From positions 150,598,001-150,662,000 of the forward strand of contig OZ360223.1 of assembly GCA_977017645.1 (NCBI GenBank): a stretch of 64,000 nt of DNA, written 5' to 3'. The stretch's first letter is position 1. Every line of letters starts with the position of its first letter. The notes below the pieces were generated by a model that saw nothing but the letters and a program-made list of their open reading frames with translations, was not told where the DNA came from and ran no database searches. The translations under genes were made by a program, and so were the position numbers. This stretch comes from Torpedo marmorata. Lineage: Eukaryota. Below, piece after piece: positions 25,701 to 38,557 of this stretch.

Positions 25701-28700
25701 ATATATCGAGATGCATTGAATGCTACAGGTTAATGATTTTAAGGTTGGATTAAATGCCTGTTTCAAGTGATGTGTTTCAGGTGGCAGCAAAAGGAGGCAC
25801 ATGAACTTTGTGATAGGGATAGGGTTGGAAATTGGCAGATACGTGCAAGTGAGGTTTTGAAATGCACTGACTCACATTTTCTCTCATAGGATACTTACTA
25901 CACACCCAAGTACAGTGGATGAACATTTCCATTGTTTGTAGGAGAGAGATTGTTAAACAATCTGCTATATAACCAGTTGGCTGCTTGCCTCTATCTACCT
26001 TGCTAAAAGAAAATGCTCAAATTCAAGCTAGCAGAGACAAGATGTCAAACCACTGCACTTGTGCAATGCCCACAGCAATGAAACATCAGTGCACCAGTTC
26101 ATTGTACAGTTACTTCCATTTAAACCAGAAGCATTCACAAAAGATTTCAACAGTCAAACTGCAATGCTGATTTTTTTGTTGTTGCTATTTTGCTGCAAGT
26201 GAAGGGTATAAAATCCAAAGGCAAAAGATTCTGATGAGTTGATTCTTGACACATGCCTGGAGCCTACCTTCCCCTCCTGGCTTGTGGTTTTCTGCCCAGC
26301 CATTTTAGCCATTGGGCAAAAATCATGGCCCAGGAGTGCACAATTTACAGTGTAGTTTCTGGGCTTGTATCAACAAGTGAGAAATTAGAATTGTCATTCC
26401 TAGATTTCAAAACGCAGCATGACAATGTGACTAAAGAATGCAGATTGTTCATTCTTCTGCATCATAATTGTATTCTGGGGGGGGGGGGGTATTGTCACTG
26501 TATTGCTAGATTGTAAGTACAATTTAACAATTAATAGTAGCTCAAGAGTAAACACCAGTGAATACTCTTGTCCATGGATCCGATATCTGATAATCGCTGT
26601 TTTCTGCCCATGAGCACAAACTCCATATCCCCAATCCTTCCTCTGCAATTAGTTTCTCCATGAAATAGTGATGACTTCAGGAAGGCAAATGTGGAAACAT
26701 ACTTTGTTTATGGTCTAAAGCTAGAAGTAACATTTGGAATAATGATAAATTAGTTGCACATTTTGGAAGTACTCATTGAGTCAGGAATGTGTCTGGATGC
26801 TGCAATAATGCCCCTCATCTCCAAATCGAGCTTTAACATTATGATCTTTAACATCCCCATTCTTAGTTGGGACTGAGGTTGCCAATTGTTTTAATAGGGA
26901 GTTGCCTCCTTTAACAATTTCTAAAATGTTAGCATTAAATACAGTATACATCATACAATGACATCTTAAGTGAACTGCTTCACTTGGCCAATCTTTGCCA
27001 AACAGCGGGCTTCTTAGCTTAATGATTATTTTCACAGTAACTAAATGATTTGCAGAGTTTGGATAAATTGGAGAGATGATTATTGGCACTTAGCTGCATT
27101 ACAAAGGTGATGCTGCATTTGTGTGAGAACCCTCTTTATAAAGTCATGACCTAAGGTTGGAATGGTCAAAATTAATGTGGCCCCATGCTGCTATCCCCAC
27201 AATTTGTCAGCTAATAATGTTGTCCTTCTGCCAGTCTTTGCACTAATCAATTCATGTCCTTGGCCTGGAGGTAATTACACTGTTCAGACTATCCTTAATT
27301 TTTCTTGCAGTGAGTAAATAAGAGACATAAATGTTATAGAAAGTATTGTTGACTGAAAGATAAATATCAGAGGGATGCAAAAAATGTGAGTTCTTTATAC
27401 AGAATCATGTCTCAACTATGTTTTCAAATACCTCTGGAGGAACTGCCTTATGCCTTACCTTGAGTGGAAACCTTGCCTTAATGTTTCCAGTAATTAATGT
27501 GTGCTCAATTTCACCTTCAAGTGCTGGCTCTACTTACACTTCAAACCATTATACATTAATTTCTTAAGACAATGGATTTCAATTTCATTACTTTAAATAG
27601 CAATTTTATTGAGAGATTTGAAATATATTGCAGTAAATTATTCATTCAGTGGCAAAATATGAAGAAGTATGCTATTTCAGTGGAATAAAATGTCATTCTA
27701 TTCCCTCATGTGCCTCTATTATTACCCTCGGGTGCTGGAAATAAATGCATATTGCATATTTTCAATGCTTAAAGTACCACTTCCCATCTCCAGATAATTA
27801 CATTTGAGGAAATAAGTGACAGATGGAAATCACACGGAACCTGCTGATAGTTTATTCATTTTGTCAATTTCTTGCTTCCCCTGTTTGGGCGAGGGTGAAG
27901 TGGGGACTTCTGAGGATGTTGGGCCTTGTAATACTCAATCTGTGAAGCCATTCTGTGAATGCCATTGTGGCATTGTTGGCCAATTCAGCCTTAAATTTAT
28001 TAATGCTAAGCCCAGGGCCACTCTTCCCGACATCGAGTTGTGCATCATTAGCAGGATTCATTGGATTGTCATCAGGAGCAGGCATCTCCAGATTAGGATC
28101 CCATCACATTCCTCCATTGCATTACTTTTTTGTGCCATGCAGCAGAACGGTTCAGTTGCTTCCATTCCTATTTACTTTGTGTTGAATAGCACCTCAGCAA
28201 AGCTTAATGCTAACTTTAAATTGTTGAAAACAATAAGGGAGAGCCTGTGTCACAACAAGTAAGGTCTAAAGCAAGTCCTGTGAATAATAAACCTGTTCCT
28301 TGGCACCCATGGCTTAACCAGCAACCTTTTAGTAGTAAATGGGCATTGAAAATTTTGGGTTAAATCTCACCAATTGCTTAAAAAGAGATTCAAGAGGAGA
28401 AATTTATTGTTTGACTAACCTGTGTAGTAGATAAATTGTTATGCTCAAATTAAGTTGGCTGGAGAGAAAGAAACAATATGATGAAATGTTTAAAAAATGA
28501 ACTTTTGAAAGCAATACTTCTTCAGCAACAAACCAAAAGCCAATTATTGAATGTGGTTATACATGTTCCTATTTTGAAAATTCATCGTTACTGGTAAAGT
28601 ACAAAAAAGGATCAGTAATATTTTTAGAATAATTTGCTTTACATTGGATTAAACAATGAGTAAACTGATAATTACCACATTCCAATTTCCCTATTACTTT

Positions 28701-29503
28701 CTCCATGTCTGTGCTATTTTATGGGTGGGATGGGTAACATGATCCGACCAGGGGATAATCGTGTGGCTGTCCTCATTAGTGGCCAGATTCATTTCCTCTT
28801 TGCTGTTGCTCTCCTAAGATTTGTGGGGTTTTCTTCCCTTTTTACTGTTGCTCCTGTTCTTTCTCCCTTCCTTTTCCCCCTTGCTCTCCCATTCAATACC
28901 CACAGGACCTCTTCACTCCATTCAAACATTTCCTGCCAACAATATTCTTTTGCTGCACCATTTCCATTTTTGTACTCAATCATTTTGTTGCATGTCGGTC
29001 TATAGGAGTGCAATGATCTGGCAGAGGCAATGTTAAGGGCAGATGCCTACTTTGAAGTTTTCTTCCTCTCTTTCTTTGCTCAAGGTTCCAGCGTCAGCAG
29101 CCTTTGTGTTTCACTGTGTTAAAGTGGGAACAGAATGAAGAAGTCCTATAATCTCAGCTTCACACACAGAGAACTCTGTTCACTTCTTTTTCAATTTACA
29201 GAGTGTGATTACTTGCCCTGCCAGGACTGTATCAAATAAAACAAAAGCATTTATCTTAAAAAGGTTTACGACAGGAACCAAAAGAGTCAGCTCAGATCTT
29301 TACTTGATTTATCTGGATAGCCAACCAATACTAAAAAGGAAAGCATTGTAAGAGAACAAATATACCTTTCTCAGTTATTTCTTTTCAGACACCAAAGTTC
29401 ACCTCCAGATTGTTCTACCATCCAGTCAAAATCGGTGCATAGCCTATCCTTGCCTTGGATCTCTGGAAAGCAAAATGATGAGAAACTTCAGTGCAGGGAT
29501 CAC

Positions 29504-30062
29504 CAGAATCAGAATCAGAATCAGAATTTATTGTCATGAACAAGTCATGAAATTCGGTGTTTTGCGGCAGCATCATAGTGCAATTAACATTCATATTAAC
29601 CATTCTAACGACATTACTATAAAAGATTATAAACAATAGTGCACGAAAAGTAGTGTCTTTGGTTCATTGATTATTCAGGAATCTGATGGCAGTGGGGAAG
29701 AAGCTGTCCTTGTGCCGTTGAGTGCTCGTCTTTAGGCTCCTGTACCTTTTCCCCAATGGAAGCAGAGTGAAGAGGGCATGGCCTGGGTGGTGGGGGTCCT
29801 TGAGGATAGAGGCTGCTTTTTTAAGACACCGCCTCATGTAGATGTCCTCGATGGAGTGATGTTTGGTGCCTGTGATGTCACAGGCCGAGTTAACAACGTT
29901 CTGGAGTTTACTCTTGTCCTGAGAGTTGGCGCCTCCATACTAGGTAGTGATGCAACCAGCCAGAATGCTCCCCACGGTACACCTGTAGAAGTTTACGAGA
30001 GTCTTCGGTGACATACCGAATCTCCGCAAACACCTCACAAAGTATAGCCGCTGACGAGCCCT
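29504..30062 (-). mobile_element. Rex1/Babar LINE 3' fragment
   Basis: (cagaat)n tail and near-colinear similarity to 47131-47680. Confidence 0.9.
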
Positions 30063-30376
30063 CTTTGGTCTTATAAGAAATGCACAGAACAAACGATTCT
30101 GGGGTGAAGAAGTTCTTCATTTATTTTGCACTGCTTCCTTGTTTATCACCTTTTCCTTTCTCACACTTAAAACAAGTGGTCTGATCATTCTGGAATATAC
30201 CAAACAAAGCTGAAACCTACAATCCTGAAGTACCCTGGACCCAATCAATAAAGGGTCTGCTTTATACGTGTTGGTGGCAATTGGACAAGAGGCAGTGAAC
30301 TAAACAGTACTGCTTGCCAATATCCTAAATCCATATCGACTTGATGGATTTTAACTCTGGGCTGTGTTCCTGAAGG

Positions 30377-30791
30377 AGTGAAACACGAAAGTCTGCAGAC
30401 ACTATGGTTGTAGTAAAAACACAGAAATGCTGGAGGAACTCAGCAGGTCTCGCAGCATCCATAGGGCTCATGCCCGAACCATCAGATAACTTGAAGAAGG
30501 GCTCAGGCCTGAAACATCAGTTATATATCTTTACCTCCTATGGATGCTGCAAGACCTGCTGAGTTCCTATTGCATTTTATGTTTTTACTACAATCACAGC
30601 GTCTGCAGACTTTCATGTTTCACTCCATTCAGCTGCTCCACTGCAAAATCTCTTCGAGGGATGCCTACCCTGAAGAAGTTCTCCTCCTTATCTTGAAGAA
30701 GGGCTCAGGCCGGAAATGTTAGTTATGCATCTTTACCTCCTATGGACGCTGCAAGTCCTGCTGAGTTCCTCCAGCATTTCTGTGTTTTTAC
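30377..30791. mobile_element. Cluster of Penelope-derived arms (inverted pair plus an extra direct copy) with hammerhead-like motifs
   Basis: gagtgaaacacgaaagtctgcagac (30377) is inverted to gtctgcagactttcatgtttcactc (30601-30625). ttgaagaagggctcaggcc motifs occur at 30491 and 30693. Confidence 0.82.
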
Positions 30792-30908
30792 ATGTTCCAC
30801 AAGGAACCACACTGGCAAGCTGATTGTCTGCAAAGCAGAGGGAGCAGGAAGCCACAGACATATTAAGCACCTGGCTTTATTTGAATACTATGTCCCTCTT
30901 TTCCACAG

Positions 30909-31009
30909 GGAGCCTTAGTCATGAGGGCTGGTGGGGCTCAAATGGTGGGACTCCTCCAAAAGAACAGGATGAAGTCTGGGGACGAAGGAGGCCACACCAT
31001 CCTAGCTCG
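30909..31009 (+). other. Candidate 101-nt exon, gene unknown
   Basis: Acceptor tgtccctcttttccacag| and donor CG|gtaagt. Two frames are open (GSLSHEGWWGSNGGTPPKEQDEVWGRRRPHHPSS or GALVMRAGGAQMVG..). I do not recognise either peptide. Confidence 0.3.
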
Positions 31010-31885
31010 GTAAGTGGAACAATTTGGTCTCGCCAGAAGAGCAGCTCAGCTTTACCTAGGTCAGCTCCCATGCAGTAACTAAAAGCCATGCTGGTTTTAC
31101 TGGTCCAGCTCCTGTAAAGATGATACTAGGTGCCTTCAGATGTGAGGGTATGCTGATGTGCATGGCCTACTTGAGCCAAAAGCTTCATCAGCCTGCATAA
31201 ATTTGCAGGTAACAATCGCAACGGTCAGGATTTGAGCAAGCAACAAACTTGCTCGTTCTCAACAGTCGCCTTACTATTGTGGAGGAGTAAAATTGACTCT
31301 ATGTTTCATAACTGCAGACATAGAACAAAGGCCCGAATAACTCATGCAACTGCGTTTGAAGTTACAAAACTGCTTGAGGTGTAGCTAATGATAAATTACT
31401 GAAGTAAGCCAGCAGTGACTCATTTGTGCAAAAGCTCGAAGAGCAGAAGGAACAACAGATGTGTTCTCTGAAGGCTCTTGTACTTGCGTCTGTTGCCAGA
31501 GACCTCAATGCACCTCTGGAAGTGTGACAGCGCTCAGGTGATGGGGCTGACAACCGAGCCAAACCGTGTGACCTCAGGGGTGTGCTGGCTCTGCACAGGA
31601 ATCGCTCCTGAGGCACTTCAAGCAAACCTGAGACACTGAGTCTGCAGCAAAGTGAAAAAAACAGCAACAAGGGGCTCAGCTGCAGCTGACAGCATCAAAC
31701 ACTGGCTGTCTACAATCCAGTCATTTACTAGGTGTGGGATTGCAGCTAACTGAAAATAGAGACTCACAGAAGTTTCATGTGTCTGTGGGCTGTTACTTTT
31801 GATACTTTTAGACCCCCACCCCACCCTGAGCTGATCCATTCTTAGCTAACGACATTAAACTTTTGATGGTTTTGGTTTTCAACTG

Positions 31886-32177
31886 CAGTAGAAGTCTGAA
31901 AATCCGGACTGCTCAGGAATTGAGCCAGTCCAGATTTTCGGATTTTCCAGTTTCTCAGGCAGTACTTTTAAAGTTCAAATTTAAAGAGGAATAAAGAGAT
32001 GAACAGGTAAATTTCAAAATTTGAAAAAGTGAATAGATAAAGAGGTCGCTTGTTGCCGCTGTGCATCTGTGGTGCTTAAGCATGCACGAACGCACAAAAA
32101 AGCCCGCTAAATTTTAAAAGTTTGAGAGTTTTTGAAAAGACCGGATTTCTGGCATCTGGATATTTGGACTTCTACTG
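31886..32177. mobile_element. Tigger-type MITE
   Basis: TIRs cagtagaagtc / gacttctactg. TA at the right end and TG at the left. Confidence 0.75.
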
Positions 32178-32927
32178 TATGTCTTGTCCAGCTTTATGTT
32201 CTACTTTAAGTCAACTAAAGGTTTCAGATGACCCAGATCCAACCACAGAAATATGAACAGATTAAAAATATAGATTTACGAGTGGAATTAAACCCAATAA
32301 ATCCACACAATTTACAGCCTTGTAATGGGATTTCAATTTGCAAAGCTCTCTAATATTGAAGATAGGCAAGAAGCTAGACTGCAATAGCATCTCAATCATG
32401 GTGCAGCTCATACTGTACTCACTAGACTTGAGTAAGGAGATTGTTGCATGACTGGGTAACTTACAAAAACAATGGGGAGCACCAGAATTGTTTCAAAGAA
32501 ATGATCACTTGGCAATGACTAATTCCATCAATGCCTTGAGCGGATTGTTTTAACCAAGGAATTGTGCATGCCTGGATAACTCCACCTTCACTTCACACAG
32601 CTTCCAGGACTGTTGTAGATTTATTTGCCTACATATGTTTCCCTTTGAAAATAGCAGAAACATTTTCAGTCTGGACAAGAGGTCAATGGAGTTAACAATT
32701 AGTCAGAATGCTGCAGGAGATTCCACTTAAAGCAGGTTGCAATGCACTCAAGATCAATCTTGCTGTGTTTTTGTTCCAAGTAATGTACTTGTTTTCCTTT
32801 AGAAGTAGTGGTCCAAGAAATGCATCACTCCTTTTCCCTATTTGCTGATGTGTAATTTAGTCAAGACAGTTTTTTCCATACGTATTATCAGAAAGGAGAA
32901 ACTCTTTCAAAATCTTGTGTTATTCTT

Positions 32928-35900
32928 TTTTTTTAATTATTTTATTTAAACTTTTAAATCACAAAATACATAAAATAAAATATATAATCATCAAAATACA
33001 TGTGATACATTTTCACCCCCCCACTTCCCTCCCCTCCCTAACCCCCCCATCCCCACTAATCTAGTAATATAAGTAAAAATAAAAATAAAAATAGAAAAAA
33101 AAAGAAAGGAAAAGATAGTATAAGGGAAATATCATCTATAAACTAATTCTATTACGGAGGTCAAGTATGCCAGTAGATCCGATATCTAGAGATCTTCAAA
33201 TCCCTAAACCCACAGCTCTCATATATGGGCTCCAAATTTTCAAAAAGAAATGATATTTATTACGTAAATTATAAGTAATTTTTTCCAGTGGTATACACGA
33301 ACGAAGCTCTGCATGCCATCTTTCTAATCCTAAATCTAAATCAGATTTCCAAGTAATAGCAATGCATTTTTTCGAAACCGCTAAAGCAATTCGTAAAAAT
33401 TCTACTTGAAACATATTTAATTTCTTTTTAATACTAAATTTTCTAATATCTCCAAATAAAAATAACATAGGATCCATTGGAAATGTAATATTAAATACTT
33501 TATCTAAAAAAATTTTAACTTTCAACCAAAAATCTTGAATCTTTGGACAAAACCATGTAGAATGAACAAAAGAACCTTCCTCATTATTGCATCTAAAACA
33601 TAAACCTGATAATGTCGGATTAAATTTCTTTAGTTTTTTAGGTGTTAAATATAATTGATTAAAAAAAATTGTATTGTACTAATCTATACCTAACATTAAT
33701 AATCTTCGTCATACTTAATTTACATAATTCTTTCCAATGATTTTCATCTATTCTTACATTCAAATCTAATTCCCATTTTAATCTTGATTTATGAATTCCT
33801 ACTTTAGGCATTTTCCTCTGAAACAATTTATACATTTGAGAAATAAATTTATTAACTTCTCCATTAGTAACTAATAACTCTAATTCATTTTGTCTTGGTA
33901 AAATCAAAGCATGACCTAATTTCTCGATTAAAAAAGCTTTAACTTGATAATAAGCTAAAAATGTATTATCTAATATATTAAATTTATCTTTCATTCTTTG
34001 AAACGTAATAAATCTTCCAGCTTCAAAACAATCATTAATCTTCTTAATTCCTTTTTGAAACCAAATTTTAAATAATTGATTATTAATAGTAAATGGAATA
34101 AGTCCATTTTGAAATAAAGGCATCCTTGGAGAAATCAATCCTTTTCCTCCTATTTCCTTATCCGTCTTATTCCATATTTCTAACAAATGTTTAAAAATAG
34201 GCAAATCTTTCTTTCTTGTTGATATTAATTTAGAATCCCATTTATAAATAATTTCTTGTTTAGCATCATCACCTATATTATTTAATTCTATTTTAATCCA
34301 AGCAGAAGTTTTATTTGAATCAAAAAATTCATTAACAAATTTTAATTGGGCTGCTTTATAATAATTTTGAAAATTAGGAAGTTGCAATCCACCCAACTCA
34401 TAATTCCAAGTTAACTTTTCCATGCTTACTCTTGCTAACTTTCCTTTCCACAAAAATTTCCTAATAATAAAATTTAAATCTTTAAAAATTTTTTGAGGAA
34501 TTCCAAAAGGAATTGATTGAAAAAGATACTGAACTCTTGGAAAAATATTCATTTTAATACAATTTACCCTTCCCATTAAAGTTATGGGTAAATCTTTCCA
34601 ATTCTCTAAATCTTTCTTTATTTTCGCAAATAATGGTAAATAATTTAATTTATATAAATTTTCCAATTTTGTATCAACCTTAACCCCCAAATATTTAATT
34701 CCTTCTTTAGCCCATTTAAATTGTGTAATTTCTTTACATCTAGTATAATCACCTTGAGATAAAGCCATTATTTCACTCTTATCTGAATTAATTTTATATC
34801 CAGATATTTCACCATATTCTCTTAATATAATAGATAATTGTTTTTTTTTTGTTTTTTTTTTTAATATTTTATTTAAATTTTTAAATCACATATTACATAA
34901 AATAACTTGCATATAATTCTTAAAAAATACATGTGATTACATTTTCTCCCCCCCTCATCCCACCCTCCCCTCCCTAACCCCTATACCCCCCTAATCTAAT
35001 TAAAATATATATAAAATAATAATAGTAAAGAAAAAAGAGAAAGTAGAGATAGAAAGATAGAGCGAGGAGTCAATAAGCTTAAAAAAAAAACACTGATATA
35101 TCTTAGAGGTTGTTTCGCCGGTAGGTCTAATATCCAGAGAATTCACAATGTTAAACCCATAATCCTCGTATATGGGCCCCAAATTTTTAAAAAAGAATGA
35201 TATTTATTTCGTAAATTATAGGTAATTTTTTCCAATGGTATACATGACCGTAACTCTGCATGCCATCGTTCTAAATTTAAATCAACATCCGATTTCCAAG
35301 TAATAGCTATAAATTTTTTTGAAATTGCTAATATTATACGTAAAAATTCTACTTGATACATATTCAATTTATGTCTAATACTAAATTTTTTAATGTCTCC
35401 AAATAAAAATAACATAGGATCCATTGCAATTTCAACATTAAAAATTCTTTCTAAAAAATTCTTAACTTTCAACCAAAAATCTTGAATCTTTGAACATGAC
35501 CATGTACAATGTACAAAAGATCCTATTTCAGTTTTACATCTGAAACACGTATCTGATAACACTGGGTTAAATTTCTTCAATTTTCTAGGTGTCAAATACA
35601 ATTGATGAAAAAAATTATATTGTACTAATCTATATCTCACATTAATAACTTTTGTCATACTTAGTTTACATAAATCTTTCCAATGTTTTTCATCTATATT
35701 AACATTCAAATCAAACTCCCATTTCAGTCTAGACTTATGCTCTCCTACCTTAGACATCTTTCTTTGAAACAACTTATACATTTGTGATATAAATTTATTA
35801 ACATTAACTTTGGTAATTAATAACTCCAATTCACTTTGTCTTAATACTGTTAATTCATTCCCTAATCTTTCAATCAAAAAAGCTCTAACTTGAAAATAAA

Positions 35901-36552
35901 CTAACATTGTATTATCTAATATATTAAATTTTTCCTTTAACCTCTGAAAGGTAACAAATTTACCTGCTTCAAAACAATCTTTTAATGTCTTAACTCCCTT
36001 TAAAAACCATAACTTAAGTAATTGATTATCCATAGAAAATGGTAAAAGTGGATTCTGATATATTGGTGTATTTAAAGAAATTAATCCTTTTTGACCTATC
36101 TCCTTATCTACTTGCGACCAAATTTCCAACAAATGTTTAATAATTGGTGTTTTTTTCTTTTTAAGTAATAATAATTTAGGATTCCATTTATAAATAATAT
36201 CTTCTTTATGTATTTCTCCCATATTATTCAATTCTATATTAATCCAAGCAGAAGTTTTATTCAAATCAAAAAATTCATTAATATTGAGTTATAATAGATA
36301 ATTGTTGAAGTGACATAATAGATTTTGTCATATATATCAATACATCATCTGCAAACAAACTAATCTTATGTTCTTCCATACCAACTTTAATACCCACTAT
36401 TTTAGGATCTTTTCTAACTAATTCAGCCAAAGGTTCTATTGCCAAAACAAATAAAGCTGGTGACAGGGGACATCCCTGTCTCGTAGAACGTGTCAAAGAA
36501 AATTTTGGCGATATTTGTCCATTTGTAATTACTTTAGCTGATGGTTCTTTAT
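32928..36552 (-). mobile_element. 5'-truncated L1-clade LINE (host copy) split by a second L1
   Basis: ORF2 RT motifs RQGCPLSP and LFADD (36278-36552) continue into 34842-33196 (KYLG, NCIKMNIFPR, C-terminal Cys-rich region). One frameshift near 33660. 17-bp TSD aatcttgtgttattctt at 32911-32927 and 36553-36569. Confidence 0.93.
34843..36289 (-). mobile_element. Second 5'-truncated L1-clade LINE (guest copy)
   Basis: Open ORF2 C-terminus 35143-36264 (CFRC..GSFVHCTWSC), a G-rich 3' UTR and a poly(A) tail. 17-bp TSD tataatagataattgtt at 34826-34842 and 36290-36306. Confidence 0.93.
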
Positions 36553-37090
36553 AATCTTGTGTTATTCTTGATGTGGATGTGTACATTAACTCAAAGAGGC
36601 AATTATACCGTGTTGATTATTATCGACATTTGAACCAAGAGAAAATGTTGCAAGAAACTGTACAGCAGTCTGCTTGTTCATGTGCACTGCTGCTGACACG
36701 AAGGATAACAGCACAGCTCCTCTCATATGAATGGTCTCAGACAGTACTATGCTTCTAACACTTTGTTTCTTGCTGCCTCCTCAGAGGAATTGATTGCCTT
36801 TTCTTGTGAAAGGTAAATCTTATGATGAACAGAAGAGAATTTAAGTGCAGAAATAATCAATTCCACTGTTACATTTAATGTTTCTTGAGAAGATTAAGGG
36901 CTGATGTATTGAAATACTCAAGACAATGAGTACAGGAAGACTATTTATGGAAATTAATGTTTTCAATATTGAGTGATTAAAAAACTGGGATTTAAAAGGC
37001 AGGTTTGAAAGTTAATACAGTTACCATAAAAATACTTATATTTTATTAAAATGTAAAATGCATTACAAGTACCAACTAATACTGGAAATA

Positions 37091-37356
37091 CAGTACAACT
37101 CCTGTTATCCGGAATCCAAGCAACTGGCAGCCTCAAGCAATTGGCAAAAAAATTGTGGAAAATAAATAGGTAAAAAATACGTTTTAAAATTGGCATGCCT
37201 CGCCGTTGGTTCGCCAATCACACAACACACAATCTCAAGCAACCGGAAAATTCACTTAACCAGCATAGGTGCCAGATATCAGGGGTTTTATTGTATAAAA
37301 AGAAAACATTTGCATTTATTATGTGCGTTTCATATTCCTTTCTGGACTTTTCAAAA
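37091..37356. mobile_element. Truncated Tigger-like DNA element end
   Basis: TA followed by cagtacaactcctgttatccgg, a Tigger-like TIR start. The matching end is not seen and the right boundary is uncertain. Confidence 0.45.
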
Positions 37357-37358
37357 TA

Positions 37359-38007
37359 CAGGTATGCGCCGCTTAACGTCCACGATACGTTCTGTGAAAT
37401 TGGGCGTTATGCGATGTGGACGTTGTGCGAACACCATATTATATACTTAGCAAAGCTATATGGGATAATTTAGTATACCTGTAAACTTTTTAATTGTAAG
37501 TAGGGATCAGTGTGGGGACCGACATGGGGCTGTGGGGAGAGAGCGGGGCAGTGAGATCAGTGTGGATACCACCACGGGGCTGTGGGGAGAGAGCGGGGCA
37601 GTGGGATCAATGTGGATACCGCCACGGGGCTGTGGGGAGAGAGTGGGGCAGTGGGATCAGTGTGGGGACTGATACAGGGCTGTGGGGAGAGCGCGGGGCA
37701 GTGGGATCAATGTGGATACCGCCACGGGGCTGTGGGGAGAGAGTGGGGCAGTGGGATCAGTGTGGGGACTGATACAGGGCTGTGGGGAGAGCGCGGGGCA
37801 GTGGGATTAGTTGGGACTGATACAGGGCTGTGGGGAGAGAGCGGGGCAGTTGGATCAGTTTCGGTATACAGTATACAATTTCCTATAGCTAGCGATCGCT
37901 TTTTCTAAATTGATGTGGACTTGCTCGCGGTAACTGAATAATTATGGGACCACGGACGTATATGCGGTCGGACGTTGCCCGAACGGACGTTAAGCGGCGC
38001 ATACCTG
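37359..38007 (-). mobile_element. Non-autonomous Tigger element, same ends as 13742 in opposite orientation
   Basis: Perfect TIRs caggtatgcgccgcttaacgtcc / ggacgttaagcggcgcatacctg with a TA duplication. Confidence 0.92.
37503..37860 (+). repeat. G-rich 50-bp minisatellite, about 7 units
   Basis: gatca(g/a) recurs at 37505, 37555, 37605 and onward. The unit is gggatcagtgtggggactgatacagggctgtggggagagagcggggcagt, with two alternating variants. Confidence 0.95.
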
Positions 38008-38019
38008 TACTTGCTATCC

Positions 38020-38290
38020 AATGAAGTATTTATGAACACAAGAGTCATTGTTGCAATATTGCAAATGAACAGCTAATTTATTCACATCAAGTTTTCACTT
38101 GCAGAATATGGCAATGATCAATGTATTTTCAGTCCTTAGATTGGGGAGTAAATACTGCCTGGGACACTGTGGTAACTCCCTTAATATTACAATGGAGAGG
38201 CATCCTTGACTTTGGCGCTTGCTCCCTTGCAGTGGAATCTGACATGGAATTTACCAACTCAGGAATGAGAACGTCACTACATCTAATGTG
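38020..38290 (-). mobile_element. Old DeuSINE remnant
   Basis: gagtaaatactgcctgggacactgtggtaactccc resembles the reverse Deu domain end. Confidence 0.5.
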
Positions 38291-38318
38291 GATACTAACC
38301 ATGTATAAATATCAATTG

Positions 38319-38557
38319 TCTTTTTTTTTGGACATACAGCATGGTAACAGGCTATTTCGGCCCACGAGCCCGTGCCGCTCAATTACACCCAATTAACCTA
38401 CAACCTCCGGTACGGTTAGAACGGTGGGAGGAAACCGGAGCCCCTGGGGAAAACCCACGCAGACATGGGGAGATCATACCAACTCCTTACAGAGAGCATG
38501 GGATTCGAACCCCGGTCCCGATCGCTGGCGCTGTAACAGCGTTGCGCTAACCATGCC
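38319..38557 (-). mobile_element. V-SINE (young copy)
   Basis: gggaggaaaccggagcccctggggaaaacccacgcagacatgggg, B-box gattcgaaccc and a T-rich tail. Confidence 0.9.

Noticed and set aside
27816-28262. 148-aa ORF and overlapping ORFs
   Set aside because: No recognisable domain or splice structure. Expected by chance.
33196-36586. Tandem duplicated host gene or assembly duplication
   Set aside because: The peptides are L1 ORF2, and two sets of TSDs explain the structure as a nested insertion.
37503-37860. CRISPR-like array
   Set aside because: There are no unique spacers and no cas genes, and the context is vertebrate. It is a minisatellite.
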